Positions 36,242 through 49,100 of a DNA stretch of 64,000 bases are shown here, one piece after another. Source of the DNA: Macrostomum hystrix (Eukaryota; Animalia; Platyhelminthes); NCBI GenBank assembly GCA_950097015.1, contig CATNEN010000031.1, positions 3,410,001 to 3,474,000 on the forward strand, given 5' to 3'. The notes beneath the pieces were generated by a model. The model made no database searches. It was not told where the DNA came from and was given only the letters and a program-made list of their open reading frames with translations. The first letter of the stretch is position 1; each line of letters opens with the position of its first letter. The translations under genes and the position numbers were made by a program.

Positions 36242-37768
36242 TCAGTCCGCTTCGTCAGCACCCGCGGACTCAGCGTCCAGTGCGACTATTGAAGACGATG
36301 GCGGCTGATTCTGCAGCTCCGCTGTCACCAGCGCGTAGGAGACCGTGAGTGTTCGATGCGGCTGCGGCGATGGCGTCTGGGACGGCTGCGTCTGCTGCGG
36401 TGACTGCAGCTCCGCGGCGGCGTCTTCAGCGACTGTCGAATGCCACCAGCGATGCCTTCGTCCATAGCGTTGCCTCTGCTGCTGTTGCGCTTGGCGCTGG
36501 CCCCGCCAGACGCGGCCGAGGCAGTTGAGGACGCGCCGCCGAAAGCCGCTGCAGGAGGCGAAATAGGCCAAGAAGTTGGTGGCGTTGTTAGCGAACATCA
36601 GCGTCTTCAGGCCGTCCAGAGCTACTCGGCCGGCGTCCGTGCGAGGCAGCCAGTTTGTGACCTTCAACAGCTGGCCGACTGAGGCCGGCAGGGTGGTGCA
36701 GATGTGGATGACGGTCAGGACGGCGAGAAGGCGGGTGGCGCTCTCTCGATTGCGACTGGCCTCAGCGACCCGGCGCAGCTGCTGCTTCCGCTGGCCGGCG
36801 GAGCCGCGATTGCACTTCCGCTGCTGCTGCTGCTGCTGCTGCTGCAGTTTTTTCATCGTTTCAATGGATGTTGATGAAAATGCTGTGGTGACTGAAGCGG
36901 CCGCAGCGGTGGCACTCGAAGCCAGGGATCGTCGACGGCGCACGGCGGCATAGATGTAGAAGTTGCAGAGCAGCAGCACCGTGTACGGCACCACCAGGTA
37001 GGTGACAATGTCCAGCTTGGCAAACCAGCGTCCGAAATTACGATCGTAGGCGCAACGAGTCGGCAGGAGGCGAAAATTGTCGTAGGGCGACCGGCCCAGT
37101 TGCGACCAGTTGAGCCATTGCGGCGGCTGCTTCGGTCTCAGAAACAGCGGCGTCGTCTCCTGCTGGCCGGATGCTGCATCGTCTTCGTACGATGCCGATG
37201 TCCCGGCTCGCAGGATTCGCACGCAGCTGACGGTGAAGCGGTGAAACACGATGGGAAAATTCTTGACCACAATGCCACCGGAGAGGAGGCCGAACGCGAT
37301 AGCGAAGGTGCGGCCGGTGATGTGGCGGACGGCCGCGTGCGGAAAGGCCACCAGGAGGAAGCGCTCGACGCCCAGAGCGCAGAGTGCGTACACGGCCAGG
37401 TCGCTGACTGTGGCGACGGCGGCCTGGTGTAGGCGGCACAGCGCCGGGTGCAGGTCGCGAATGTCCAGGCCGAGAGTCTCAATCAGCCAGTATCGCGTGA
37501 CGGCCAGCAGAAGGACAGCGCAGTCGGCCAAGGCCAGGAACACCATCAGGAAGCGGGTGGTGTCCCGGTGGGTGCGTTCCGTAGCCTGCAGGTAGGCGGT
37601 CACGGAGTTGCCCGCCACGCCGCCCACAATCAGCAGGCCGCACAAGATGCAGAGGATCCATTCGGCGAGGCGCACCGCGGCGCTGCTGGAGGCGTAGTCT
37701 ATGGAACAAACCGCAACTGACTGCTCGCGCTCCGCGCGGCCAGCTTCCGACATCATGATACGCTGCAC
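36242..37768 (-). CDS. Intronless class A (rhodopsin-like) peptide-type GPCR, ~504-508 aa
   Basis: Seven hydrophobic segments, TM1 GVAGN, TM2 LVFLALADC, CRLHQ Cys at TM3, ERF in place of DRY, TM5 YLVVPYTVLLLCN, TM7 ANNATNFLAY. Poly-Q tracts in ICL3 and tail. Real ATG likely 37756 or 37753; the ORF track starts at a GTG. Confidence 0.88.
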   Translation of the reverse strand: MQRIMMSEAGRAEREQSVAVCSIDYASSSAAVRLAEWILCILCGLLIVGGVAGNSVTAYLQATERTHRDTTRFLMVFLALADCAVLLLAVTRYWLIETLGLDIRDLHPALCRLHQAAVATVSDLAVYALCALGVERFLLVAFPHAAVRHITGRTFAIAFGLLSGGIVVKNFPIVFHRFTVSCVRILRAGTSASYEDDAASGQQETTPLFLRPKQPPQWLNWSQLGRSPYDNFRLLPTRCAYDRNFGRWFAKLDIVTYLVVPYTVLLLCNFYIYAAVRRRRSLASSATAAAASVTTAFSSTSIETMKKLQQQQQQQQRKCNRGSAGQRKQQLRRVAEASRNRESATRLLAVLTVIHICTTLPASVGQLLKVTNWLPRTDAGRVALDGLKTLMFANNATNFLAYFASCSGFRRRVLNCLGRVWRGQRQAQQQQRQRYGRRHRWWHSTVAEDAAAELQSPQQTQPSQTPSPQPHRTLTVSYALVTAELQNQPPSSSIVALDAESAGADEAD

Positions 37769-38428
37769 TTTTCAATGCCTAGAGAACTAGATTGGCAGCC
37801 CCTGGCTCACTAAAGTCAGTCGAACTTTAACCTGGCCTTAGTTTTATTGCTCCGCGGCTCCCTGTCAGACTCGTGGTTGGCCAGCATTCCGGCCAGCCAA
37901 TCAGGTTCAGTCCTAGCCAGGGCTCAAACTGTGTCGCTGAAAATTTACTTAACAATCCCTCGTTTGTCTGAGTCCATCTGTTCCGCTAGTTCCTTATTGA
38001 ATATTGTTCTTTAGTCTACTCAGTTAAGAAATGTACTTTAGAAGCTAGAGTTCAGGATTCACTTTAAGCTGTCAAGAAAAGTCGATCTTTGATCTCCCTG
38101 TCAGCACAGCTGAATAGCACCTGTTACCTGTCACATTTCATTTTCTGACAAACAAATAGAAAAAATGTAACACTGGAAAAGTAACACCTAGCTTAAAAAG
38201 TAAAAAAGTAATATAGGCATTATCTTACTTGTCAGAAGCTTTTTATTGCATGACTAAAAGACAGATTAAAACCATGTTAATCAAAAGAAGAAAATAATTC
38301 TGAAAGTCAATTATCACTCAGCATATTGCAGAAATCCGCGAATCGCAAAAATTGGCGAAATTGCCATAGAATATGAGTTGATAAGCAAATACAATTGGCT
38401 CCAATAGACGGAAAGTGACCAACAGCCT

Positions 38429-38745
38429 CACCTGATGTCATTCTGGCACACCTGATGTCATTCTGGCACACCTGATGTCATTCTGGCACACCTGATGTCA
38501 TTCTGGCACACCTGATGTCATTCTGGCACACCTGATGTCATTCTTGCACACCTGATGTCATTCTTGCACACCTGTTGTCATTCTTGCACACCTGATGTCA
38601 TTCTTGCACACCTGATGTCATTCTGGCACACCTGTTATCATTCTTGGATACCTGATGAGTCATTCTGGCACACCTGTTGTCATTCTTGGACACCTGATGT
38701 CATTCTTGCACACCTGATGACATTATTGCTTATCTGATGTCATTC
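38429..38745. repeat. 20-bp minisatellite, ~15 copies
   Basis: Unit cacctgatgtcattct[g/t]gca. Confidence 0.93.
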
Positions 38746-39133
38746 TGATGCACAAAATAACATACCTGTTGTCATCCTGGCATACCCAAAGTCACTTTGG
38801 CACATCTTTTGTTTGGCTATTACAGTACTGAAAAGTACAAAATCTGATTACAATAATTAAAAAGGTACGATTATATGCAAAAATACTTTTAACCAATTGC
38901 ACAATGCTCCGATAGCACCTATTTACGAGAACAAAAATGTAATAAAGAAAATATTACAGGTATCGATTTCGACTCAAGCAGTCAAGTTAGTCAAAATCGC
39001 ACGGAATATTGCGGGTGAGAATATTGCATGCCCTAATAAATGATTCTCAATAAATTCAAGACAATTAAATTTCGGCATCATAAGGATCTTCAGTAATGCG
39101 AAGCTAAAGAATCTTAAAGGTTTCATTTAAGTA

Positions 39134-39992
39134 TTTTAGGGATCATGAAGTTTAGGAATGCTGATGAAGTTTAGGGATCATGAAGTTTAGGAATGCTGAT
39201 GAAGTTTAGGGATCATGAAGTTTAGGGATCATGAAGTTTAGGGATCATGAAGTTTAGGGATCATGAAGTTTAGGGATCATGAAGTTTAGGAATGCTGATG
39301 AAGTTTAGGGATCATGAAGTTTAGGAATGCTGATGAAGTTTTGGGATCATGAAGTTTAGGAATGCTGATGAAGTTTAAGGATCATGAAGTTTAGGGATCA
39401 TAAAGTTTAGGGATCATGAAGTTTAGGAATGATTATGAAGTTTAGGGATCATGAAGTTTAAGGATCATGAAGTTTAGGGATCATGAAGTTTAGGGATCAT
39501 GAAGTTTAGGAATGATTATGAAGTTTAGGGATCATGAAGTTTAGGGATCATGAAGTTTAGGGATCATGAAGTTTAGGGATCATGAAGTTTAGGGATCATG
39601 AAGTTTAGGAATGCTGATGAAGTTTAGGGATCATGAAGTTTAGGAATGCTGATGAAGTTTAGGGATCATGAAGTTTAGGAATGCTGATGAAGTTTTGGGA
39701 TCATGAAGTTTAGGAATGCTGATGAAGTTTAGGGATCATGAAGTTTAGGGATCATGAAGTTTAGGGATCATGAAGTTTAGGAATGCTGATGAAGTTTAGG
39801 GATCATGAAGTTTAGGGATCATGAAGTTTAGGAATGCTGATGAAGTTTAGGGATCATGAAGTTTAGGAATGATGATGAAGTTTAGGGATCATGAAGTTAA
39901 GGGATCCTGAAGTTTAGGGATCATGAAGATTAGGGATCATGAAGTTTAGGGATCATGACTTTTTGGGACCATGACTTTTTGGGATCATGAAG
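39134..39992. repeat. Mixed 16/19-bp minisatellite
   Basis: Interleaved units gaagtttagggatcat and gaagtttaggaatgctgat. Confidence 0.95.
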
Positions 39993-40194
39993 TGTAAGGA
40001 TGGCAATCAAGGCTTACTGACAACGGTCCGAAGCTAAATACACGCATGATGTGGAGCAGTTTCAACTTCAACAATTGATAGATTCTTTTCTGTTGTCATC
40101 TCAGTCATTATGTGGTCCTTTGCCTATTGAAACACGGTCGTAAAGAAGCTGAGCAAAAATTGAAGAAAAAATGAGCCAAAAACATAAGGAAAAA

Positions 40195-43100
40195 TCAATA
40201 ATAATTCCAGCCAATGAGGGCGTGGCAGACCAGCAGGTACAGCATGGCAACGGTCACCGTGCACACCATCATCGGGAAGCCGACACTGCAATGCGCGGAG
40301 GGTGGGTTTGGTGCCAGTGAAATGACAAATTGATTGCTAATAGGAGCTGCAAATAGCGCTTGAAAAGCTGAGAAGCCCGACTCAAAACTAACGAAAAGCT
40401 GACAGAGCGAAGGAAAAGTGCAAAACAGCGATAATGCCTCGGCCACCCTGCATTAGTAAACAAGCGGCCTCTTTAAACAGAAAAAACTGCGCAGGCAAAC
40501 TCAGCTACGAAAGGCGCCCAAAATGCACACAGAAATCTAACAGCCACAGCGCCCTCTCGCCCAGAACAGGCGAGCAAACTTCTTTTTCCCTTTTTTGCCT
40601 CATCGAATTACTTCGCTTTCGGGATGCACTCAGTGCAAAAAAACCAGCACATGTTGAAGAGATCGTGATTGAGACTATTTAGACCAGGGCTCGGAAAAAC
40701 TTGGTCCCCTGCCTAGATACTGCCAGCACTGCTCCGGAATCCATCTCTCTACACCGCCTTATCTCTCCCCTGTCTAATCTCCCACGCGTCTCAACTCTCC
40801 AGTGTCTCATCTCTCCCATGTCTCATCTCCTCCGTGTCTCATCTCCCCCGTGTCTCATCTCTCCCGTGTCTCATCTCTCCCGTGTCTCATCTCCTCCGTG
40901 TCTCATCTCTCCCCTGTCTCATCTCCTCCGTGTCTCATCTCCCCCGTGTCTCATCTCTCCCGTGTCTCATCTCTCCCGTGTCTCATCTCTCCCGTGTCTC
41001 ATCTCTCCCGTGTCTCATCTCCCCCGTGTCTCATCTCTCCCCTGTCTCATCTCCCCCGTGTCTCATCTCTCCCGTGTATCATCTCTCCCGTATCTCATCT
41101 CTCCCGTGTCTCATCTCCCCCGTGTCTCATCTCTCCCGTGTCTCATCTCTCCCGTGTCTCATCTCTCCCGTGTCTCATCTCTCCCGTGTCTCATCTCTTT
41201 CGTGTCTCATCTCTCCCACATCTCCTGTCCTTGGCCAGTGAGGCTAGCAGCTCGTTTTAGTTCCACCGACTCACTAATTTAGGCCCTGTTATCCTGAGCT
41301 GCAAGACGCGGGGATTTTCAGATGAGATCCGCAGGCAACAATATAGAAACTGTACAGGACTGCAGAGGTTGCGCTAATGTCTTCCTACACTTTTATGAAT
41401 GTTTCGGTGTCCTGATTTAGTCTTGAATATTCGCCCTACATCGTCTGTCTAATCCTCCCGGAGTAGAATTCCTGCGTAACACAGTTTTTGATGAGCCAGT
41501 TGCTGATCCTGCCTCAGCGTAATCCCAATGGGCCAACGTCCCAGCTAGCTTAGTGCCGTAAATTAACACCAAATTTTTGTTAGGCAAGGTGGTCCTCCGT
41601 GTCTTCTTGTTAGCTGTCCTGCAGGCTTTAGCAGTGATTTATTTGGCAGGCCACTTGCTCCTCGCGAATTTATAATGGCACAGACTGAGGGGGCCAGTCT
41701 GCGAATCTGTTTGCGAGATTAAGAGTAAAAGAGAAACGAAGCCAAGATAAAAGCGGGGAATAGTATCTCTAGAATTTACTTAAAAATATATTCTGAAATG
41801 GAATAGATAATGTTAAACAGCTGTCTGTGGGTGGATGTGATGAACACTGGTGGTCTGGGGTGGGTGTGATGTACACTGGAGTTCTGGGGTAAGTGTGATG
41901 TACGCTGGTGTTCTGAGGAGTGTGTGATGTACATTGGTGTTCTAGGGTGGGGTGATGTACGCTGGTGTTCTGAGGAGTGTGTGATGTACATTGGTGTTCT
42001 AGGGTGGGGTGATGTACGCTGGTGTTCTGAGGAGTGTGTGATGTACATTGGTGTTCTAGGGTGGGGTGATGTACGCTGGTGTTCTGAGGAGTGTGTGATG
42101 TACATTGGTGTTCTAGGGTGGGGTGATGTACGCTGGTGTTCTGAGGAGTGTGTTATGTACATTGGTGTTCTAGGGTGGGGTGATGGTGTTCTGATGGGGA
42201 TGTGTTTTACTCATGTTATCTTGGGTGGGTGTGATGTCCACTGGTGATCTGGGGTGGGTGTGATTTCCACTGGTGATCTGGGGTGGGTGTGATGTCCACT
42301 GGTGATCTGGGGTGGGTGTGATGTCCACTGGTGATCTGGGGTGGGTGTGATGTCCACTGGTGATCTGGGGTGGGTGTGATGTACACTGGTGATCTAGGAA
42401 AAGTGTGATGTACACTCGTGTTCTGGGGTGGCGTGATGTACATTGGTGATCTAGGAAAAGTGTGATGTACACTGGTGTTCTGGGGTGGGTGTGATATATA
42501 CTGGTGATCTAGGAAAATTGTGATGTACACTGGTGTTCTGGGGTGGCGTGATGTACATTGGTGATCTAGGAAAAGTGTGATGTACAATGGTTTTCTGGGG
42601 TGGGTGTGGTGTAAAATGGCGGGAAGATTAATTTAATAATTTTATAATTAATAGTCCATCATTAAGACTAATGATGGAAATAGATTAGGGAGAGGAGAAA
42701 AAATGAGATGCAGAGTGGATATTGTCGGGGATCGAGCCGCTGGGATCGCAGAGTCAGGCAAGGCGGATGGAAGGAAAGGCTCTGAAAAATAGGGCTTCCT
42801 GAGTCTGGTAAGCGTTGAGCACAGCAAAGGAGTGAGTGGGAGTGAGCTGCAGATGATATTGAATAATGCATGCTAACTTAAGTGCTTAATGCTTAGAAAA
42901 TCCATGCGATTATGACTAAATCTGGATTAAATGTTGCATTTTCAGATGCCCAATTTCTTCTGTCCTGGGCATTGACGTTTTCCTGAATTTAGTTTACCGG
43001 ATTCCAATCTCCGTCAGGTGCTTTGTTGACGTCATTCTGTCAGAGGAAGACTGCAAAATAGGCAAGGCTGTGATGGAACGATATTTGGATATTTTTAGAT

Positions 43101-46100
43101 TCTAAATCTAATCACTCATAGCTTCAAAAACATATTTTTATATTTTCCCTAAATATTTTCCCGATCCCGATCGGCCGAAATACCGATTCCCAGAAATTTC
43201 GATTCACAGAAATTTCGATTCACAGAAATCTTAATTCACCAAAAGCACAATTCAGAGAAATCTTAATTCACCAAAATCTCAATTCACCAAAATCTCAATT
43301 CGCCAAAATCTCAATTCACCAAAATCTCAATTAACCAAAATCTCAATTAACCAAAATCTCAATTCACCAAAATCTCAATTAACCAAAATCTCAATTCGCC
43401 AAAATCTCAATTAACCAAAATCTCAATTCGCCAAAATCTCAATTCGCCAAAATCTCAATTAACCAAAATCTCAATTCGCCAAAATCTCAATTCACCAAAA
43501 TCTCAATTCACCAAAATCTCAATTCGCCAAAATCTCAATTCACCAAAATCTCAATTAACCAAAATCTCAATTCACCAAAATCTCGATTCACCAAAATCTC
43601 AATTCACCAAAATCTCAATTAACCAAAATCTCAATTCACCAAAATCTCAATTCACCAAAATCTCAATTCACCAAAATATCAATTCACCAAAATCTCAATT
43701 CACCAAAATCTCAATTCACCAAAATCTCATTTCACCAAAATATCAATTCACCAAAATATCAATTCACCAAAATATCAATTCACCAAAATCTCATTTCACC
43801 AAAATATCAATTCACCAAAATCTCAATTCACCAAAATCTCAATTCACCAAAATCTCGATTTAGCAAAATCTCAATTCACTAAAATCTCAATTCACCAAAA
43901 TCTCAATTCGCCAAAATCTCAATTCACCAAAATCTCAATTCACCAAAATCTCAATTCACCAAAATATCAATTCACCAAAATCTCAATTCACCAAAATCTC
44001 AATTCACCAAAATCTCGATTTAGCAAAATCTCAATTCACTAAAATCTCAATTCACCAAAATCTCAATTCACCAAAATCTCAATTCACCAAAATCTCAATT
44101 CACCAAAATCTCAATTCACTAAAATCTCAATTCACCAAAATATCAATTCACCAAAATCTCAATTCACCAAAATCTCAATTCACCAAAATCTCAATTCACT
44201 AAAATCTCAATTCACCAAAATCTCAATTCGCCAAAATCTCAATTCGCCAAAATCTCGGTTCACCAAAATCCCGATTCACCAAAATCCCGATTCACCATTA
44301 TCTTGATTCAAAAAATCTCGATTCACAGAAATTTCAATTCACCGAAATTTTCATTTATAGAAATCTCGATTCATCAAAATCTTGATTCACTAAAGTCTTT
44401 ATTCACCAAAATCTCGATTCACCGAACTGGAAATCTAGATTCTCCCAATCGGCCCGGAAACCTAGAGTCCCCTAAATCGAAATTCAAGGAAATTCCAATC
44501 GCACCAAAATCGATTTTCTTAAATCTCTGAAATGCAATTTTAGCCAAATTCTAATTCAGCTTTTTGTAGAAAATCGGCATCAGATTTAATTCAGATGCGC
44601 TCAACGAACAATTCGCTTGTCTTTGGGAACAACTCAGCTAATTAGGAGATATGCTTCATTTAGTTGCTGGCACCTGAGAACAGCAAAAGTACTTTTAGCC
44701 CCTAGCCTAAGCCCGAACAGCAGCGAGCCCAGGCACGCACCGGAAGAACTGCACGAAGGTGAACGGGTAGCCGTTCTGCTCGGCGATGCCGGCGGCCACG
44801 ACGTTGGCCGAGGCGCCGATGACGGTGCCATTACCGCCGAGGCAGGCGCCGAAGGCCAGGGCCCAGACCAGCGGCAGGATGGGCAGCACGTCGGCGAGCT
44901 CCAGGATGATGGGGATCATGGCCGTGGTGAATGGGATATTATCGATAAAGGCGGAGGCCAGGGCGCTAACCCACAGGACGATGAGGATTGCCACGGGCAG
45001 CTGGGAGGATTCTGGCAAGCTCAGGATCACCTGCTTCATCTGGTCGCCAATCCAGGCGATGAGCTGCAGCTCGCGCAGGGCCTCCATCAGGGCGAACAGG
45101 GCGGCAAAGAAGATCAGCGTGCTCCACTCGATGCGGTGCAGCAGGGTGTCCATGTCGGCGAAGTCTGTCAGCACCAGCAGGGCGATGCCACCCATTATGG
45201 CTATCCAACCTGCGTACGGGTGCGGAGGAACAACCAATTAATGCCGATTAACTACCGTACAATCTGCCGATTAACTACCGTACAATCTGCCGATTAACTA
45301 CCGTACAATCTGCCAATTAACTAACTGTACAATTTGCCAATTAACTAACTGTACAATTTGCCAATTAACTAACTGTACAATCTGCCAATTAACTAACTGT
45401 ACAATCTGCCAATTAACTAACTGTACAATTTGCCAATTAACTACCGTACAATCTGCTGATTAACTAACTGTACAATCTGCCGATTAACTACTGTACAATC
45501 TGCTGATTAACTAACTGTACAATATGCCGATTAACTAACTGTACAATCTGCCGATTAACTAACTGTACAATCTGCCGATTAACCATCCTACAAATGACCG
45601 ATAATCTATTTGACAAACTGCTGACGATCTGCTTGACGATATGCCCGTTACATACGAAAAAATCTACAATTTACCTTCATAACAATATGTCTCTTAAGTA
45701 CTCCAGAATCTGCTAACGATCTACATTACAAATAATTAATAGATTATCTGTTATATTTTCTTCATGTGAAAATCAGAGAAATGACACATCAAGAAGCTGA
45801 TTATCAATGAGAATAATCAGTAAATCGTTAAATAACTTAATCGTTACAATGACCCAATAATTTCCACCAACATTATAATGTGCTAAATAATCACAACGAT
45901 AGTCAAGAAATTCAAACACAGCAAATCATCAGCTAATAAGTCTGGCAAAGGGAAGGTTTTGAATCAGTGCATTAAAAAATGCCTACCAATTAAAATGATT
46001 TTTGCATACTCAAAATCAATAACCAATCGAAAGTGAATAATAGCACTTCATTCACACGCACGGTAAGTGTTACTAATAGAGCTTCTGAAATTTAAAGGCT

Positions 46101-49100
46101 TAAGCGTACCAAGATCCAAGTGCAAGGCGTCGACAGTTGACGATAGAAAGAACAATAAGATGACAACCGACAGTACAATGGTGCACTTCACTAGCAGCTC
46201 CTTGTCTTTGATGCCGTACTGGCATGTGGTTGGCAATTTAGTGGTATTTCGATTTTTTGGAATTTATAGTGTCTATTAGCCTACTGATACAAGTAGTAAG
46301 TTCAGCATTAGTTTTTAGATTAAATTAGATTAAATTAGATTAAATATATATACTTCGATAAGTTATTTTCTATGCAGAAGATTGAGTCAGAATACAGCGT
46401 TGATATTAGTTAATATTGATTGTACAAATGCCGAACAGAACACCTTAACAGAACACTAAACAGTGTTAAAATTTTCATTTGTAATGTGCGACCTAAATAG
46501 GGCCGTTTTAACTAAATAATTTATTGCAAGCATGCAGTTGCATTAATAAAATTATCTAACTATTATAAAAATTTAACGAAATAAAGTAGTTCTTTTTAAT
46601 TCGTTACTTCATAAAGCCTGTTAAATTTAACCATAGCATTTTTTATAAGATGAGCTACAAGGATTATCGTTTGATTCGTTAGTTTGAAGATGTGCTACTA
46701 ATGCATACATTATACCTTTTTTATTACACTTCTCGAAAGAAATTAAAGTACAGAGATTCGTCATTTCATTAACCCCAAATAAAATCGTTAACGTTAAAAG
46801 AGTTTTTTCTTTGTTAGTCAATGAATTTTTTTTAACGATTATGGACCTTAAAAGGGCCGTTTGATTAGAAAGCTAAATGAACAGTAAACGAACCTTCCGC
46901 TGCAGCTCGGCCAGTGTCTCCTGGAAGGGCTTGTCGGCGGTGGCCGTGACCTGGTGCACAGCCAGGCGGTGCTCCAGCTCGCAGATCTTTGCCTGCAGCA
47001 GAGCCTTGACAGCCGCCTGCTCGCTTGTCGTCACAGCGAAGCCGTAGGCTGTGCGACGCCAGACTTCAACTTCGCGACGAATCTCGGCTGCCACGGGATC
47101 CTCGGTTGATTCGAGGTCCTGGCGCCAGTAGACCAGGCGAAGCAGGGCGTAGGCGCTGACAGTGACCAGCAGGATGCCCAGGGTCATGTGCACGGTGAAG
47201 TTGGTGAATGTGACGCCCTGTTCTGCCAGCTCGGCGTTTGAAGCGATGATGACATTTGGCGGATCGCCGACTGCGGTGGCTGTGCCGCCGACGTTCGAGA
47301 ACATCACCTGTGAAATATATGCTAGGCGGATTTGATTAAAAGGGCATTAGTGATTTATTCGAAACTCTGAATTCATCTGAGAAGTAAGGTAAGATTGGGC
47401 AATAATCTGCGACCCCGGTTAAAGTTCAGGATTAATCTGAGACCTCGGGTAAGATTGAGGATTAATCTGAGACCTCGGGTAAGATTGAGGATTAATCTGA
47501 GACCTCGGGTAAGATTGAGGATTAATCTGAGACCTCGGGTGAGATTGAAGATTAATCTGAGACCTCGGGTGAGATTGAAGATTAATCTGAGACCTCGGGT
47601 AAGATTGGGGATTAATCTGAGACCTTGGGTAAGAATTAGGATTAATCTGAGAGTTAGTACAGGATGAAGAGCCCGAACCAGACACCTGAGCAATGAGCAG
47701 CTGCCTAGGATCGAGCCGGAGAACTTCGCACAGCCGAATGGTGACAGGGGCCATGAGCAGGATGGTGGTGACATTGTCGAGGAATGCAGATATGACGGCT
47801 GCGAACAGGCAGAGCAGGGTCACCAGAGCCATTGTGCGACCCTTGGCCAAACGGAAAGCTAGCACGGCCACCCAGTCAAAGAAGCCGGACTCGGAGAAGA
47901 TGCCGACCATCACCATCATGCCGAACAGCAGGCTGAGGGTCTCAAAGTCCAGCCAGGCGATCACTTCGGTGAGGCTGGGCCTCCGGTTCACCAGAGCCAG
48001 AACTGCCACACTCATCAGCGACCCCAGCATGGCGGCCAGGGATCTGTGCACCAGCTCGAATATGATCAGGCCATAGACAAAGACCAGCACCAGGGCAGCG
48101 TAGATCACTTCGTTATAAACCGCATTGGTTAGAGTTTCATAGGATACGGCCAGGGGAAGTGACTGCTCGTAGCTGGTGCGAATCCGAATGCTCAGTTGGT
48201 CGCGATCTTTGTAACTGTTTCAAGGTAGAGGTGTGATGTACACGGGTGTTTTGGGGTGGGTGTGATATACAAGGGTGTTTTGGGGTGGGTGTGATATACA
48301 AGGGTGTTTTGGGGTGGGTGTGATATACAAGGGTGTTTTGGGGTGGGTGTGATGTACGTTGGTGTTCTGGGGTGGCTGTGATCTACGTTGGTGTTTTGCA
48401 GTGGGTGTGATGTACGTTGGTGTTCTGGGGTGGGTGGGATGTACGTTGTTGTTTCGGGGTGGGTGTGATGTACGTTGGTGTTTAGGGTGGGTGGGATGAA
48501 AGCGCCGATCCCAAACTCCATCGACAAAACTTACGCGGTTCGGCTGAGCGGAAAATATCGCTCACGAACAATTTCCTCGGACATTTCGTTTTCCACCACG
48601 GGCACAATCGGCACGATCCAGATCTGTGAGCGGATAATTTATTGACTTCAATTGACCAATTTTGAATCGGTGCCACAATGGTTAAAGTATGATCTCTTTA
48701 AAACAAAGATCTCACCTGCGATTGCGACTCATTGTCCGCGCTGAACACCTCATCGATGGTGACCGTGATGTTTGTTGACGTGGCTGTCGGCGAGAACAGC
48801 AGCGCACCGCGCAGCTTCACCATCACCACCGAGTAGGCATTCGCTGACGGTGTCACGTTGATGGCTAACGGTGGCGGCGAGAAACGACATGGGTCACGTG
48901 ATCAAGCATTAAGCTTTAGAACCCATTTGAAAACTCTATGGTTGGCCCTTCGTTAAAACTCCTGAATGATCCCAATCTACATTGCAATTAAATATTTTTT
49001 CATGCTACTTTCATCAGGTCTTCAGTAGTATAAACCTATCAAAATACCAAATCCAAAAAAATTCGGTGGCGGGGGTCGGTGGCAGAGCGGATAACGCGTT

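Noticed and set aside
40685-40701. hAT TIR-like CAGGGCTCGGAAAAACT before the 40765 array
   Set aside because: Several mismatches to the Charlie-type end, and no convincing partner TIR or TSD.
41290-41700. Possible retroelement gag remnant in the OCA2 last intron ([26 protein letters not shown])
   Set aside because: Resemblance too weak and interrupted to support without a database search.
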